64,000 nt of DNA from an uncultured delta proteobacterium (GCA_963761335.1 CAVXGR010000012.1:608001-672000); one strand, 5' to 3'. Positions 51,686-62,287 are shown, counted from the first letter of the stretch. Translations and numbers: made by a program. Notes: generated by a model from the letters alone, not told the origin.

Positions 51686-52402
51686 GGGGTGCTGTCGGTG
51701 TTGGGGGATCGTGCTCGCGCTCGCGAAGGGTGCTCGGCTCGTCCCCGCATTCTTCCTACGGCCGCGGGGAGATCCGGAGCGGGGAGGAAGAAAATGTAAA
51801 ATGGTGAACCGGTGACCGGTGATGGAGAACCGGGCAACGGATCGATCGGGCTAGAGGGATCGGCGCCCGCCCGTGAAAATGAGGGGCAGTCGTGCAAAGT
51901 CGGGCAACCCTTCCTAAGGACAGTACCGTGCCCGAGGCTGGGGTGCTGAGGTGTTGGGTGTTGGGTATCGTGCTCGCGCTCGCGGAGACGCGTGGCCTCG
52001 TGATCGGGGTGCCGGAGCCGCGGCCGCGACGGGATTCCCCGAGGGCGACTACGCTGCCGAGTACGATTGCGAGCACGAGGCAAAGTAGAGGAGGCGTCCC
52101 GCCTCCTCAGGGGCGGCCGGGGTCGGGGGGGATCGCCCTCGTGCTCGGCGACACCAGCCGGGGCTGGTTGGATGGAAGAAAATGTAAAATGGAGAGCCGC
52201 TGACCGGTGATGGAGAACCGGCCAACGGGATCGATTGGGCTCGACGAGTCGGCGCGCTTCGCCCGCGAATGAGGGTCTGCTCTCAGGCAACCCTTGCGCG
52301 GTACCCGCGGCCGTCAGTGACGATTACGAGTACGATTACACACGAGCACCGCTTCGCTGAACACCGAGCACCCGCATACCCTCAACACCTCAACACCCAG
52401 CA
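51686..52402. repeat. Mosaic of duplicated repeat segments
   Basis: ggaagaaaatgtaaaatgg...ggcaaccctt at 51786 and 52174; ggtgttggg..atcgtgctcgcgctcgcg at ~51697 and ~51957; hexamer cgatta/cgagta and 8-mer ctcaacac runs. Confidence 0.75.
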
Positions 52403-52412
52403 TCTCCCCCCG

Positions 52413-54630
52413 TCACTCGACTCCGTAGCCGAGGGCGCGCAGGCGTTCGCGGGTCGCGGGGTCGAGCGCCGGCGCCGGCGCCGGCTTCACCGCCGGCGAC
52501 GCATGCGAGCCCGGACCCTTCTCGAGCAGGGCTTGCATGCGGCGGAGCGTCGCCGCGTCCTTCTCCGCCAGGTTCACCGTCTCGCCCGGGTCGCTGGCGT
52601 CGTCGAAAAGCTCCCACTCCGGCCGCCGCCCGAGCTCGACGGACACATCGCCGTGGTTGTGAATCAGCTTCCAGCTTCCGGAGACCACGGCCTCCATCTT
52701 CGGCACCAGGTCTTTCTTCGCACCGTCGAGCATCGGGCGGCGCACCAGGTAGTACGGCCGCGCCGAGCCGGTGTCCCCGTTGCGAATCTGCGGCAGCAGA
52801 TCGATCCCCGACATCGACGCATCGGCCGGCAGGCCGGCGAGCGCCTGCAGCGTCGGCGCCACGTCGATCAGCCCCACCGGGCCGCGCACGTGAGCGCCGG
52901 CCGGCAGCGCCGGCGGATAGGACATGATCAGCGGCACGTCGACGAGCTCGGCGTAGAGCGACTGCGAGTGACCCAGGAACTTGTGCTCGAGGAACTCCTC
53001 GCCGTGGTCGGCGGTGACCACCAGCACCGTGCTCTGCCGTAGATTTTTCTGCTCCAGAGCGTCAACGATGCGCCCGAACTGCGCGTCGCAGTTGGCGACG
53101 GCGAGGTCGTAGAGGTTACGCGCCACACCGATCACCTCCTTCGCCTCCTCGGGCGGCATGCGCTGGATCGGGCTCAGGCGACCGGCTCCCTGTCCAAACT
53201 CGGGCAGGCTTGCGGCGTGCCAGCGCGCGATCGCCCTCGGGCCAATCCGGACGCGCAAAATCGCTTCGCTCCGGGCGGCGGCACGGTGCGCGGCGCGTGC
53301 GGGTCGAGCACGTGAACGTAAAGGAAGAAGCGCTCCCCGGCGTGTTTCTCGATCCAGGGGAGAGCGCACGTCGTTGGCAGCAGTCGGAGCTAGCACCCGG
53401 CGCGCTTCCTGCTGCGGCACGTTCTCGGGCATTCACGTCGATCAGCTCGCTGAACCCCCTGGTGGTCCCGTTGGCCGGGCAGACCATCGGATTGGCGATG
53501 ATCGCCGCCGTGGTGTACCCGGCATCGCGAAAATGCTCCGCCAGGGTAGTCAGCGAACGGCGGCAGAACATCGCTGGGATAGACCTCACCGTGTTCCATC
53601 ACGGCGCGCCCAGTGAAGAGGGACGCGATCGACGGCAGGGTCCAGGAAGCCGCCGCGAAAACGCGGTCGAAGACCACGCCGCTGCGCGCCACTGCGTCGA
53701 ACCGCGGCGTCCCCTTGCCGCCGCCGTAGACGCCGACGGCGTCGGCGCGCAGGGTGTCGACCAGGTAGACGAGGACACTCGGGATGTTCCGCCGTCGCCC
53801 GGCGCAGCGGCTGCACCGACCACACGAGCAGAGCCGGGCTTTTCTCCGGGCTCGACGGCGATCTGCAGTCGGCTGAACGGGCCTCCTGTATCATCGGGGA
53901 AGTTGAACACCTGGTCGCGCCACTGATCCGGCTCGCCGGGCTCGACCGTTCCCAGATCCTGCAACGGTCCCTTCTCATCAGCTCGCCCGGCGCGGAGACG
54001 CACGCGGCCGGCGCCCGCCTCGGACGCCAGCGCGGTGATGCGCACTCCGCTGAGCGCCGCGGAGTCGATCGCCATCTCCGCCTCCGCCGGAGGCACGCAT
54101 ACCTCCGCGTCCAACATGGTGCGCGCCCCGGCGCTGATAGCGATCGCGGTAGCAGCGCCCCTTGCCGGGTCGCAGGATCTCGGCGAAATCGATCTGCAGC
54201 GCTGCGCCTCCCGCCGGTCCTTGGGCGCCACGACGACACGCTGCCCTTGCCCCTTGGGCAGCGGCGACGGCGAACTAGCTGCGGCACCGAGCGGCGCATC
54301 GGCTCGATGGTCGGCTACCGAGCGTGAGCAAGCGGTTGTCCCAGAGGACCTGCACCGGCCCGTTGGCGCGGACCCGCAGAACGAGGGTTGCCCCTTTGCC
54401 CACGTCGATGACTGGGCTGGCAAGCTCTTCCCGGAGACGACCCTGCCGCCGATACGCCCGCGCGCCGGCTTCCACGCCTTCGTCAACGTATCGCCGGCCC
54501 AGCACTCGGTGCGGCCGGCGCAGCTGAACGACTCCCCCAGCGCCAGATCGCCGCCGGCCGCCGAGGCTGCCGCCGGCGCGATCGCTGCGATCAGAAGGAT
54601 GAGGGCGTGTCGGGCGAGCCGTGCGTGCAT
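52413..54630 (-). pseudogene. Secreted sulfatase-like (alkaline phosphatase superfamily) gene broken by several frameshifts
   Basis: Fragments in different frames: signal peptide; LVDTLRAD and SWTLPSIASLFTG; TLAEHFRDAGYTT; FFLYVH..DPH; TADHGEEF..H and LRALGY. Confidence 0.75.
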
Positions 54631-54766
54631 CGAGAGGAACTCAGAGTCTTGTAGGCGATGTGGCGGGGCGATCAAGTCGGCCCCCCGACACCGACACCTC
54701 GCCAGTCTCGCAGCCAATACCCTCCGCATTTTGATGAGTGCCGCCGAAGCGTGTAGTTGAACGGCG

Positions 54767-55950
54767 ATGCCGCGGTCCGATCCCCAGCAGCGTCCTCTCC
54801 TCTGGCGGCTCTACGCGTTCGTGCGCGCCGTGGCTCTGCGCTTTTACAGCGACAACTGCCTGATGCACGCCTCGGCGCTGGCCTACACCTCGCTGCTCTC
54901 GGTGGTGCCGCTGATGGCGCTGATGTTCGCGGCGCTCAAGGGCCTCGGGGTGCAGCGGCGGCTCGAGCCGCTGCTGCTCTCGCGCCTGGCGCTCGATCCG
55001 GCGGTCAGCCAGCAGATCATCTCCTACATCGACCGCACCAACGTCGCCACCCTCGGGGCGCTGGGCGCCGCCTTCCTGGTGCTCACCGTCATCAGCGTCC
55101 TCGGCAGCATCGAGGCCAGCTTCAACTACATCTGGCGGGTGCACCGCAGCCGCAACCTGTGGCGCAAGGTGACCGACTACGTCGGCACCGTGCTGCTCAC
55201 GCCCTTCCTCCTGCTGGCGGCGGTGGCGATCACCTCCTCGTCCGCGAGCAGTCGCTGCTGCAGTGGGTCCTGCACACGGAGTACGTGGGCGACGCCGTCC
55301 TGCGCCTCCTGCGCCTGGCGCCGGTGTTCATCAACATCGCGGCGCTGGCGGTGCTCTATGCGGTCATGCCGAACCGCCGGCCGCACCCGCAGGCGGTGCT
55401 GGTCGCCGCCACCGTCGGCGGCATCACCTGGCAGCTGCTGCAGTGGGGCTACGTGTCGCTGCAGTTCGGCGTGGCGCGCTACAGCGCCATCTATGGCGCC
55501 CTCGCCCAGGTGCCGGTGACGCTGGTGTGGCTGTACCTGAGCTGGGCGGTGATCCTCGCCGGCGCCGAGGTGGCGGCGGTCTACGAGCTCGGCGCCGTGC
55601 ACGGCCCGCGGTTGCCGGGCTGGGCGATCGGCGTGGCGCTCCTGCTGCGCGCCGCCGAGAGCTTCCGCGGCGGGGGCGGCGGCGTCGATCCGCACCTGGT
55701 CGCCGGCGAGCTGCGCCTCTCCACCGAGGACGTCGCCCAGGTCGCCGAGGGGCTGCGCGCCGGCGGCATGCTGGCGGCGATCGAGGACTCGCCCCGCTAT
55801 CTGCTGGCCCGCGATCCGGCGACCATCGACCTCGCCCAGGTGCGCGCCCTGCTCGAGCCGATACCCCTGCCGCCCGGAGCCGATCCCCGGCTGGCGCGGC
55901 TCGTCGAGCAGAGCCGCGAGCACCGCTCCCTGGAGGAGGCGATGAAATAG
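54767..55950 (+). pseudogene. YihY/BrkB family inner membrane protein with one frameshift near 55240
   Basis: ASALAYTSLLSVVP and IEASFN.IW in one frame; YSAIYGALA...LVWLYLSW...GAE in the shifted frame. Confidence 0.8.
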
Positions 55951-56254
55951 CCGCCAAGGGAATAACCGCCAAGGGAAAAGAGAGAGGAAAAGAAAGGGCG
56001 CAAAGAAAAGAGAACCGCAGAGGGGAAGAAAGAGAGAGAAAGAGGGATCGCAGAGAAGAAGAGAAGGACGGGAAGAAGGAGTATTCTCGTGGCTTCTTGC
56101 CCGTCTCTGCGCCCTCTCTTCTTCCTCTCTGTTCCCTCTGCGGTTCCTCTTCTCTCTCTTCTTCTTTGCGCCCTTTCTTTTCCTCTCTCTTTTCCCTTGG
56201 CGGTTCTCTTCTCTCTGCGCTCTTTCTTTTCCTCTCTCTTTTCCCTTGGCGGTT
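55951..56254. repeat. Purine-rich / pyrimidine-rich inverted cassette between convergent genes
   Basis: ccgccaaggg occurs twice at the left and cccttggcgg twice at the right; internal aaccgcagag / ctctgcggtt. Confidence 0.85.
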
Positions 56255-57866
56255 ATCGCCCCGCGCGGCCGGGCTGCACGGCGGCAACGAAATGCAGATC
56301 GGGGAAGCTCTCGAGGGCGCGGCGGAGGCGGAAGTCGTTGGGGAAGAGCGCCAGCGGGCGCTGCTCGACGTCGAGGAGGCAGGTGGCGCCGCTCTGGCGC
56401 TCGAACTCGTCGGCGTCGAAGGCGTCGCCCTCCACCCAGCGGGCGTGCTGGAAGGAGAGGCGCTCGAAGCGCACCTCGACGTTGTACTCCTCCTTCAGGC
56501 GGTAGCGGATCACGTCGAACTGCAGGAGCCCGACGGCGCCCAGGATCGGATCGCGCTCCAGGCGGTGGCGATCGAAGAACACCTGCACGGCGCCCTCCTC
56601 GGAGAGCTGGTCGAGGCCCTTCTTGAGCTGCTTGCGCTTGAACGGCTCGGTGAGCTGCACGCGCACGAAGTGCTCGGGCGAGAAGCGGGGAATGCCGGCG
56701 AAGCTCACCGAGGCATCCTCGGAGAGCGTGTCGCCGATGCGCAGCAGTCCCGGGTCCCACAGACCGATGATGTCGCCGGCGAAGGCTTCCTCGATGAGGG
56801 TGCGCTCCTGGGCGCGCAGCTGCACCGAGCGGCTCAGCGACAGCGGCTTGCCGGTGCGCACGTGGATGACCTCCATGCCGCGGCGAAAGCGGCCGGAGCA
56901 GATGCGCACGAAGGCGATGCGGTCGCGGTGCAGCGGATCCATGTTCGCCTGGATCTTGAAGACGAAGCCGGAGAAGAACGGCGCCTCCGGCGACACCTCG
57001 ACGCCGTCCGTCGGCCGCGGCCGCGGCGGCGGCGCCAGCTCGAGGAAGCGATCCAGAAACGGCTCGACGCCGAAGTTGGTGAGGGCGCTGCCGAAGAACA
57101 CCGGCGTCAGGTGCCCGGCGGCGAAGGCGGCGGCGTCGAAGCCGGTGCCGGCGCCGTGCAGCAGCGCCAGCTCCTCGGTGAGCTGTCGGTGCGCCGGCTC
57201 GCCGATCGACTGGCGCAGCGCCGCGTCCTCGAGGCTGGCCACCCGCATCGACGCCTTGCGCGCCCCCGACTCGGCGCGCTCGAAGCGCAGCAGCTGTTGC
57301 CCCCAGCGGTCGTAGACTCCCTGAAACGACGGCCCCGAGCCGATCGGCCAGTTGGCCGGCGTGCAGGGAATGCCGAGCACGCGCTCGACCTCGTCGAGCA
57401 GATCGAGCGGCTCGCGCCCGTGCCGGTCCATCTTGTTGATGAAGGTGACGATCGGCAGCTGGCGCATGCGGCAGACCTCGAAGAGCTTGATGGTCTGCGG
57501 CTCGACGCCCTTGGCGCTGTCGATGAGCATGATCGCCGAGTCGGCCGCCGCCAGGGTGCGATAGGTGTCCTCGCTGAAGTCGTTGTGGCCGGGGGTGTCG
57601 AGCAGGTTCAGATGGTGCCCGCGATAGGGGAACTGCATGACGCTGGTGGAGATGGAGATGCCGCGCTCGCGCTCGAGCGCCATCCAGTCGCTGGTGGCGT
57701 AGCGCTCGGCGCGCCGCTGCTTCACCGAGCCGGCGAGGCGCACGGCGCCGCCGTAGAGAAGCAGCTTCTCGGTGAGCGTCGTCTTGCCGGCGTCGGGGTG
57801 CGAGATGATGGCGAAGGTGCGCCGGCGAGAGATCTCGCCGTTCCGTTTGTCGGCTGTGTCGTTCAT
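56253..57866 (-). CDS. prfC: Peptide chain release factor 3
   Basis: RRTFAIISHPDAGKTT, SDWM..E.ERGIS, DTPGH.DFSEDTYR and FKIQANMDP.HRDR. Confidence 0.97.
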   Translation of the reverse strand: MNDTADKRNGEISRRRTFAIISHPDAGKTTLTEKLLLYGGAVRLAGSVKQRRAERYATSDWMALERERGISISTSVMQFPYRGHHLNLLDTPGHNDFSEDTYRTLAAADSAIMLIDSAKGVEPQTIKLFEVCRMRQLPIVTFINKMDRHGREPLDLLDEVERVLGIPCTPANWPIGSGPSFQGVYDRWGQQLLRFERAESGARKASMRVASLEDAALRQSIGEPAHRQLTEELALLHGAGTGFDAAAFAAGHLTPVFFGSALTNFGVEPFLDRFLELAPPPRPRPTDGVEVSPEAPFFSGFVFKIQANMDPLHRDRIAFVRICSGRFRRGMEVIHVRTGKPLSLSRSVQLRAQERTLIEEAFAGDIIGLWDPGLLRIGDTLSEDASVSFAGIPRFSPEHFVRVQLTEPFKRKQLKKGLDQLSEEGAVQVFFDRHRLERDPILGAVGLLQFDVIRYRLKEEYNVEVRFERLSFQHARWVEGDAFDADEFERQSGATCLLDVEQRPLALFPNDFRLRRALESFPDLHFVAAVQPGRAGR

Positions 57867-57954
57867 GCAGGGGAGAGGGAGGGGTCCGTTGGGGATCAGG
57901 TGTATTGTGGGGACGCCGGCAGCGAAGTCAACGCGAGGTGTTGAGGTTTGCTCG

Positions 57955-58146
57955 CGGGCGCGGGTTCCCTCTCCCGCATTGTCTGCGGGAGAGGGTCAGG
58001 GTGAGGGTGCCGCAAAAATCGTGGACTTTCAATGAGGAAGAAGCCCCTCACCTTGATCCTCTCCCCGCGAAAAGAATGCGGGGAGAGGAGACCCTTGCGC
58101 GAGGCGACGGGAGATAATTGCAGAGTCGGACCGGCAAACTAGGACA
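57955..58146 (+). repeat. Truncated copy of MITE family B
   Basis: Near-identical to 61434-61643, including two ccctctccc hairpins and the agtcggaccggcaaactaggaca end. Confidence 0.8.
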
Positions 58147-58152
58147 GTGCAG

Positions 58153-58243
58153 GTTGCTGGTTGTTGGGTTGTTGGGTTGTTAGGATGCGGGACGGACCGG
58201 ATTTCCTCACCAACAACCTGACAACCTGACAACCCAACAACCT
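58153..58243. repeat. Inverted array of 8-nt units (GGTTGTTG / ACAACCTG)
   Basis: ggttgttgggttgttgggttgtta ... aacaacctgacaacctgacaacccaacaacc. Confidence 0.8.
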
Positions 58244-58285
58244 GCCCCGTGACCGCGGCGCCGAGGCGCGCTATAAGGGCTCGCC

Positions 58286-59539
58286 ATGTCCCAACCAGAA
58301 GACACCACCACCAAGAACGAGTCGCCGGCGCCAAGCCCGGAGCCCCAGGAACAGAGCTTCGCGGCGCTGCTCGCCGAGAGCGAGGCGGGGGAGCCGCAGC
58401 GACAGCGAATTGCGGCCGGCGAAGCCATCAACGGCCGCGTCATCGCCGTCGGCGACTCCGCCGCCTTCGTCGAGATCGGCGGCAAGGTCGAGGCGGTCAT
58501 CGACCTCGCCGAGTTCCGCGATCCCGGCAGCGGCGAGCTGCGCATCCAGGTCGGCGACCGCATCGAGGCCACCGTGATCGACGACGGCGGCGGCTCCGGA
58601 ACCGTCGTCCTCAAGCGCGCCTTCGGCCGCGGCGGCCACGTCTCCGGCGAGATCGAGCAGGCGCTCGCCCACGGCATCGGCATCGAGGGGCTGGTGAGCG
58701 GCGAGAACAAGGGCGGCTTCGACGTGCAGATCGGTGCGGCGCGCGCCTTCTGCCCCGGATCGCAGATGGATCGCCGCCGCGGACCCGCCGAGCAGTACGT
58801 CGGCCAACGCCTCCTCTTCCGGGTCACCAAGATCGAGAACGGCGGCCGCAACATCGTCGTCTCCCGCCGCCAGCTCCTCGAGGAGGAGTCGGCGGCTCAG
58901 GCGGCCGCCACCCTCGAGCGCCTCGCGGTCGGCGCCGTCACCAGCGGCACGGTCACCTCGGTGCGCGACTTCGGCGCCTTCGTCGACCTCGGCGGCATCG
59001 AGGGAATGGTCCACGTCAGCGAGCTCGCCCACGGCCGCGTCGAGCACCCCTCGCAGGTGCTGCAACCGGGACAGGAGGTCGAGGTCAAGGTCGTGCGCAT
59101 GGACGAGGACCCGAAGAGCGGCCGGCCGCGCATCGCCCTCTCCATGCGCGCCCTCGCCGCCGATCCCTGGAGCAGCGCCGCGGAGCGCTTCCCGGTGGGC
59201 AGCACGGCCTCGGGAACGGTGCGCCGCCTGGAGGGCTTCGGCGCCTTCGTCGAGCTCGCCCCCGGCCTCGAAGGCCTGGTGCACGTCTCCAAGATGGCCC
59301 TCGACCGCCGCGTCGCCCACCCCCGCCAGGTGGTCAACGTCGGCGACCCGGTGCAGGTCACGGTCACCGCCGTCGACCCGGGGCAGCGCCGCATGAGCCT
59401 GTCGATGGTCGAGCAGGCGCGCCGCGAGCGCGACGGCGGCGAGGCGACCCAGCGCGTCGAGGAGCAGGCGGCGGTGGCCCAGGTCAACCGCGCCAAGAGC
59501 CTGGGAACCTTCGCCGACCTGCTGAAGAAGGACCGCTGA
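58286..59539 (+). CDS. S1 RNA-binding domain protein (RpsA-like, about 4 S1 domains)
   Basis: NKGGF.V, FCP.SQ, VVSRR, DFGAFVDLGG.EG.VHVSE and FGAFVEL.PG.EGLVH; ends SLGTFADLL. Confidence 0.9.
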   Translation: MSQPEDTTTKNESPAPSPEPQEQSFAALLAESEAGEPQRQRIAAGEAINGRVIAVGDSAAFVEIGGKVEAVIDLAEFRDPGSGELRIQVGDRIEATVIDDGGGSGTVVLKRAFGRGGHVSGEIEQALAHGIGIEGLVSGENKGGFDVQIGAARAFCPGSQMDRRRGPAEQYVGQRLLFRVTKIENGGRNIVVSRRQLLEEESAAQAAATLERLAVGAVTSGTVTSVRDFGAFVDLGGIEGMVHVSELAHGRVEHPSQVLQPGQEVEVKVVRMDEDPKSGRPRIALSMRALAADPWSSAAERFPVGSTASGTVRRLEGFGAFVELAPGLEGLVHVSKMALDRRVAHPRQVVNVGDPVQVTVTAVDPGQRRMSLSMVEQARRERDGGEATQRVEEQAAVAQVNRAKSLGTFADLLKKDR

Positions 59540-59555
59540 GCGAGGAGGAGACGAG

Positions 59556-60362
59556 GTGCTGCAACGCCCGGACATCGACGCCCACCTCGAGCGCCTCCGC
59601 CGCGACGGCTACACCATCGTCGAGAACGCCATCGAGGCGGATCTGCTCGCCGGCCTGCTCGACGACCTGCGCCGGCTCGAGGAGCAGCTGCAGGTGAAGC
59701 CCGCCGGCAACCCCTTCGAAGGCACCCGCACGCTGCGCATCTACAACCTCCTGGTGCACGGCCCGCTCTACGAGAGGATCCCGGTGCACGACAGCGTCCT
59801 CCCCATCGTCGACGGGGTGCTCGACCCCGGATGCCTGGTGTCGTCGCTGTCCTCGATCGACATCCTCCCGGGCGAGCAGGCGCAGCCGATTCACGCCGAC
59901 GATCAGCTCTTCCCGGTGCGCAAGCCGCACGCGCCCTTCGTCTGCAACACCATGTGGGCGCTGACCGACTTCACCGAAGAGAACGGCGCCACCCGCATCA
60001 TCCCCGGCTCGCACCTGGCGGACCAGTCGCCGGTGTTCGGACAGGCCTACGACAGCATCGCCGCCGAGATGCGGCGCGGCAGCGTCCTCGTCTGGCACGG
60101 CAGCCTCTGGCACGGCGGCGGCGCCAACCGCACCGGCGAACCGCGCCTCGGCGTCGCCATGAACTACTGCGCCGGCTACGTGCGCCAGCAGGAGAACCAG
60201 CAGCTCGGCATTCCCCGCGACCTGGCCCGCGGCTTCTCGCCGCGCCTCCAGGAGCTGATCGGCTACGGCGTCTACAGCGGCCTCATCGGCCACATCGACA
60301 AGCACAGCCCCATCGAGCTCCTCGGCGACGCGGAGGGCAGCAGGATGGTCTGGGACGTGTGA
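59556..60362 (+). CDS. Phytanoyl-CoA dioxygenase (PhyH) family Fe/2OG enzyme
   Basis: HADD, WALTDFT.ENGAT..IPGSH and WHGGGAN. Confidence 0.92.
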   Translation: MLQRPDIDAHLERLRRDGYTIVENAIEADLLAGLLDDLRRLEEQLQVKPAGNPFEGTRTLRIYNLLVHGPLYERIPVHDSVLPIVDGVLDPGCLVSSLSSIDILPGEQAQPIHADDQLFPVRKPHAPFVCNTMWALTDFTEENGATRIIPGSHLADQSPVFGQAYDSIAAEMRRGSVLVWHGSLWHGGGANRTGEPRLGVAMNYCAGYVRQQENQQLGIPRDLARGFSPRLQELIGYGVYSGLIGHIDKHSPIELLGDAEGSRMVWDV

Positions 60363-60367
60363 GGCGG

Positions 60368-60517
60368 CGGACCGCCTTCCTCATTCTCATTCCGTCGTTC
60401 CCGGTTCTCATGCCGTCGTTTTCCATTTCTTCGAGCGGCGCGGGAATCCCCGTGGCGTTCACTGCAATGGAAAACGACGGCATGAGAACCGGGAATGAGA
60501 ACCGGAGACGGACCGCC
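60368..60517. repeat. Inverted cassette with perfect 30-bp arms, flanked by a 9-bp direct repeat
   Basis: Arms 60398-60427 and 60466-60495 are exact reverse complements; cggaccgcc at 60368-60376 and 60509-60517. Confidence 0.85.
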
Positions 60518-60522
60518 AACCC

Positions 60523-61317
60523 ATGAACCATTTTCTGATCACCAACGACGACGGCATCGACTCTCCCATGCTGGTGCCGCTGGCGCGGGCGGTGAGCCGG
60601 CTCGGATCGATCCGCGTCGTGGTTCCGGAGAGCGAGCGCAGCTGGGTGGCGAAGGCCATCACCCGCTTCGATCCGGTGGGCGTCGACCGCCGCGAGCGCG
60701 ACGGCATTCCCATGTACGCGGTGAGCGGCACGCCGGCCGACTGCGTCAGCCTCGGCGTGCACACGCTCGGCGGCGGCGACCCCCCGCACGCGGTGGTCTC
60801 CGGCATCAATCTGGGCCTCAACTACGGGCTCGCCTTCCTGCTGTCGAGCGGCACCGTCGGCGGCGCCCTCGAGGCGTGGATCGCCGGGGTGCCGGCGATC
60901 GCCTTCTCGATGGCGATTCCCCAGGATGCCTTCGGCCTCACCGGGGCGCACCGCAGCGCCGCCCTCGGCGGGCGACCGCCGCTCGCCGCCGCGGTTGCCG
61001 CCGACATCCTCGAATCGATCCTCGACAGCGGCGCCGGCCGCGCCGCCGACCTCATCTCGGTCAACCTGCCCGCCGACGTCGACATGCAGACGCCGCGGGT
61101 GGTGACCCGGCTGACGCGCTGCCGCTACGGGCCGCTCTTCGTCCCCGGTCCGGACGGCGGCTACCTGCACCGCTTCCAGAAGCTGCTGCCGCTCGAGTCG
61201 CCCGTCGACGGCGACATCGAGGTCGTCGGCCGCGGCGCCGTCTCCATCAACCCGCTGCGCCTCGATCTCTCCGCCGACCTCGCGGAGCCGCTGCGCCGCC
61301 GCCTCGAGCGCCGATAA
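60523..61317 (+). CDS. surE: 5'/3'-nucleotidase SurE
   Basis: LITNDDG, SGTPADCV, VSGIN.G.N and SSGTVG.A.E. Confidence 0.93.
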   Translation: MNHFLITNDDGIDSPMLVPLARAVSRLGSIRVVVPESERSWVAKAITRFDPVGVDRRERDGIPMYAVSGTPADCVSLGVHTLGGGDPPHAVVSGINLGLNYGLAFLLSSGTVGGALEAWIAGVPAIAFSMAIPQDAFGLTGAHRSAALGGRPPLAAAVAADILESILDSGAGRAADLISVNLPADVDMQTPRVVTRLTRCRYGPLFVPGPDGGYLHRFQKLLPLESPVDGDIEVVGRGAVSINPLRLDLSADLAEPLRRRLERR

Positions 61318-61372
61318 AGCAGGGTGTTAGGGTGTTGGTTGGTTATTGGGTTGTTGACCCCGAGCCCGAGTA

Positions 61373-61644
61373 GTGTCCTATTTTGGGAATGCACCCCGTT
61401 GACAACGACTGCCCGTCGATTTTCACGCCGCTGCGGGCGCGGGTTCCCTCTCCCGCATTGTTTCGCGGGAGAGGGACAGGGTGAGGGTTCCAATCTTCTT
61501 GAACGCCGCAGAAATCGTGAACTTTCAGTGACGAAGAAGCCCCTCACCTTGATCCTCTCCCCGCGAAAAGAATGCGGGGAGAGGAGACCCTTCCGCGAGG
61601 CGGGCGGGAGACAATTGCAGAGTCGGACCGGCAAACTAGGACAC
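61373..61644. mobile_element. MITE-like element family B (272 bp)
   Basis: TIRs GTGTCCTATTTTG / CAAACTAGGACAC flanked by TA; carries two palindromic hairpins; partial copies elsewhere in the window. Confidence 0.75.
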
Positions 61645-61668
61645 TACCCGACCCCGAGGGGGAGGCAG

Positions 61669-61770
61669 CAAAAGGAGCCTGTCCCCCGCAAAGGGGACTG
61701 GCTCCTTTTCGGCGCAGGGACGCTCCACTGAAGCAGTCGACCTTCGCTGCCGAAAAGGTGCCTGTCCCCG
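61669..61770. repeat. REP-like palindrome aaaggagcctgtcccc / ggggactggctcctttt
   Basis: Hairpin at 61670-61709; related half-sites near 61755, 61878 and 33684. Confidence 0.65.
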
Positions 61771-61778
61771 GCCGTTCA

Positions 61779-62122
61779 CCGACCTCGCGGAGCCGATGCG
61801 CCGCCGCCTCGAGCGCCGATAAAGCAGGGTGTTAGGGTGTTGGTTGTTAGGTTGTTGACCCCGATGGGGGAGGCAGCAAAAGGAGCCTGTTCCCCCGTCC
61901 CGGCGCTCCGATCAACCCAACGACCAGCCAACACCCGGACGGGGCGAACGGACGCTAACACCGCTGCCAGTCGTCGTTGTTGGCTTGCAACGCGCCGGCG
62001 CCGACTCGGTCCATACAGGTGGGACATCGCCGAAGAGCCGCTTCGGGGCGAACCCCCTAACGCAAAACATTCAGGGATCGAGGACGCAGCGTGAGAGATT
62101 TATCGACTCTCGGGTATGACCC
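61779..62122 (+). repeat. Diverged duplicate of the surE 3' end and downstream intergenic DNA
   Basis: 61779-61864 repeats 61274-61363; 61956-62122 resembles 62379-62550. Confidence 0.85.
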
Positions 62123-62132
62123 AGGCGAACGC

Positions 62133-62287
62133 TCACCGATCCTCTCCCCGCGGAAAGATCCGGGGAGAGGAGACTTCGCCCAGCGGCGCGGAAGTAACAC
62201 TCGCAAACGTCTGATCGGGGGAATCCAGGACGCCTCCATTTTCATCGTCTACTGGTGAGCCGCAAGGCTCATGACGCACTGTCCCCC
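62133..62287 (-). repeat. ~155-bp dispersed repeat (family C), inverted
   Basis: The reverse complement begins ggggacagtgcgtcatgagccttgcggctcacc. Confidence 0.8.

Noticed and set aside
55230..55260. Programmed ribosomal frameshift in YihY
   Set aside because: No slippery heptamer or homopolymer at the shift; a single missing base explains it, and other indels occur nearby.
61274..61864. attL/attR of an integrated element in surE
   Set aside because: Only ~500 bp separate the copies, a third copy exists, and no integrase or cargo genes are present.
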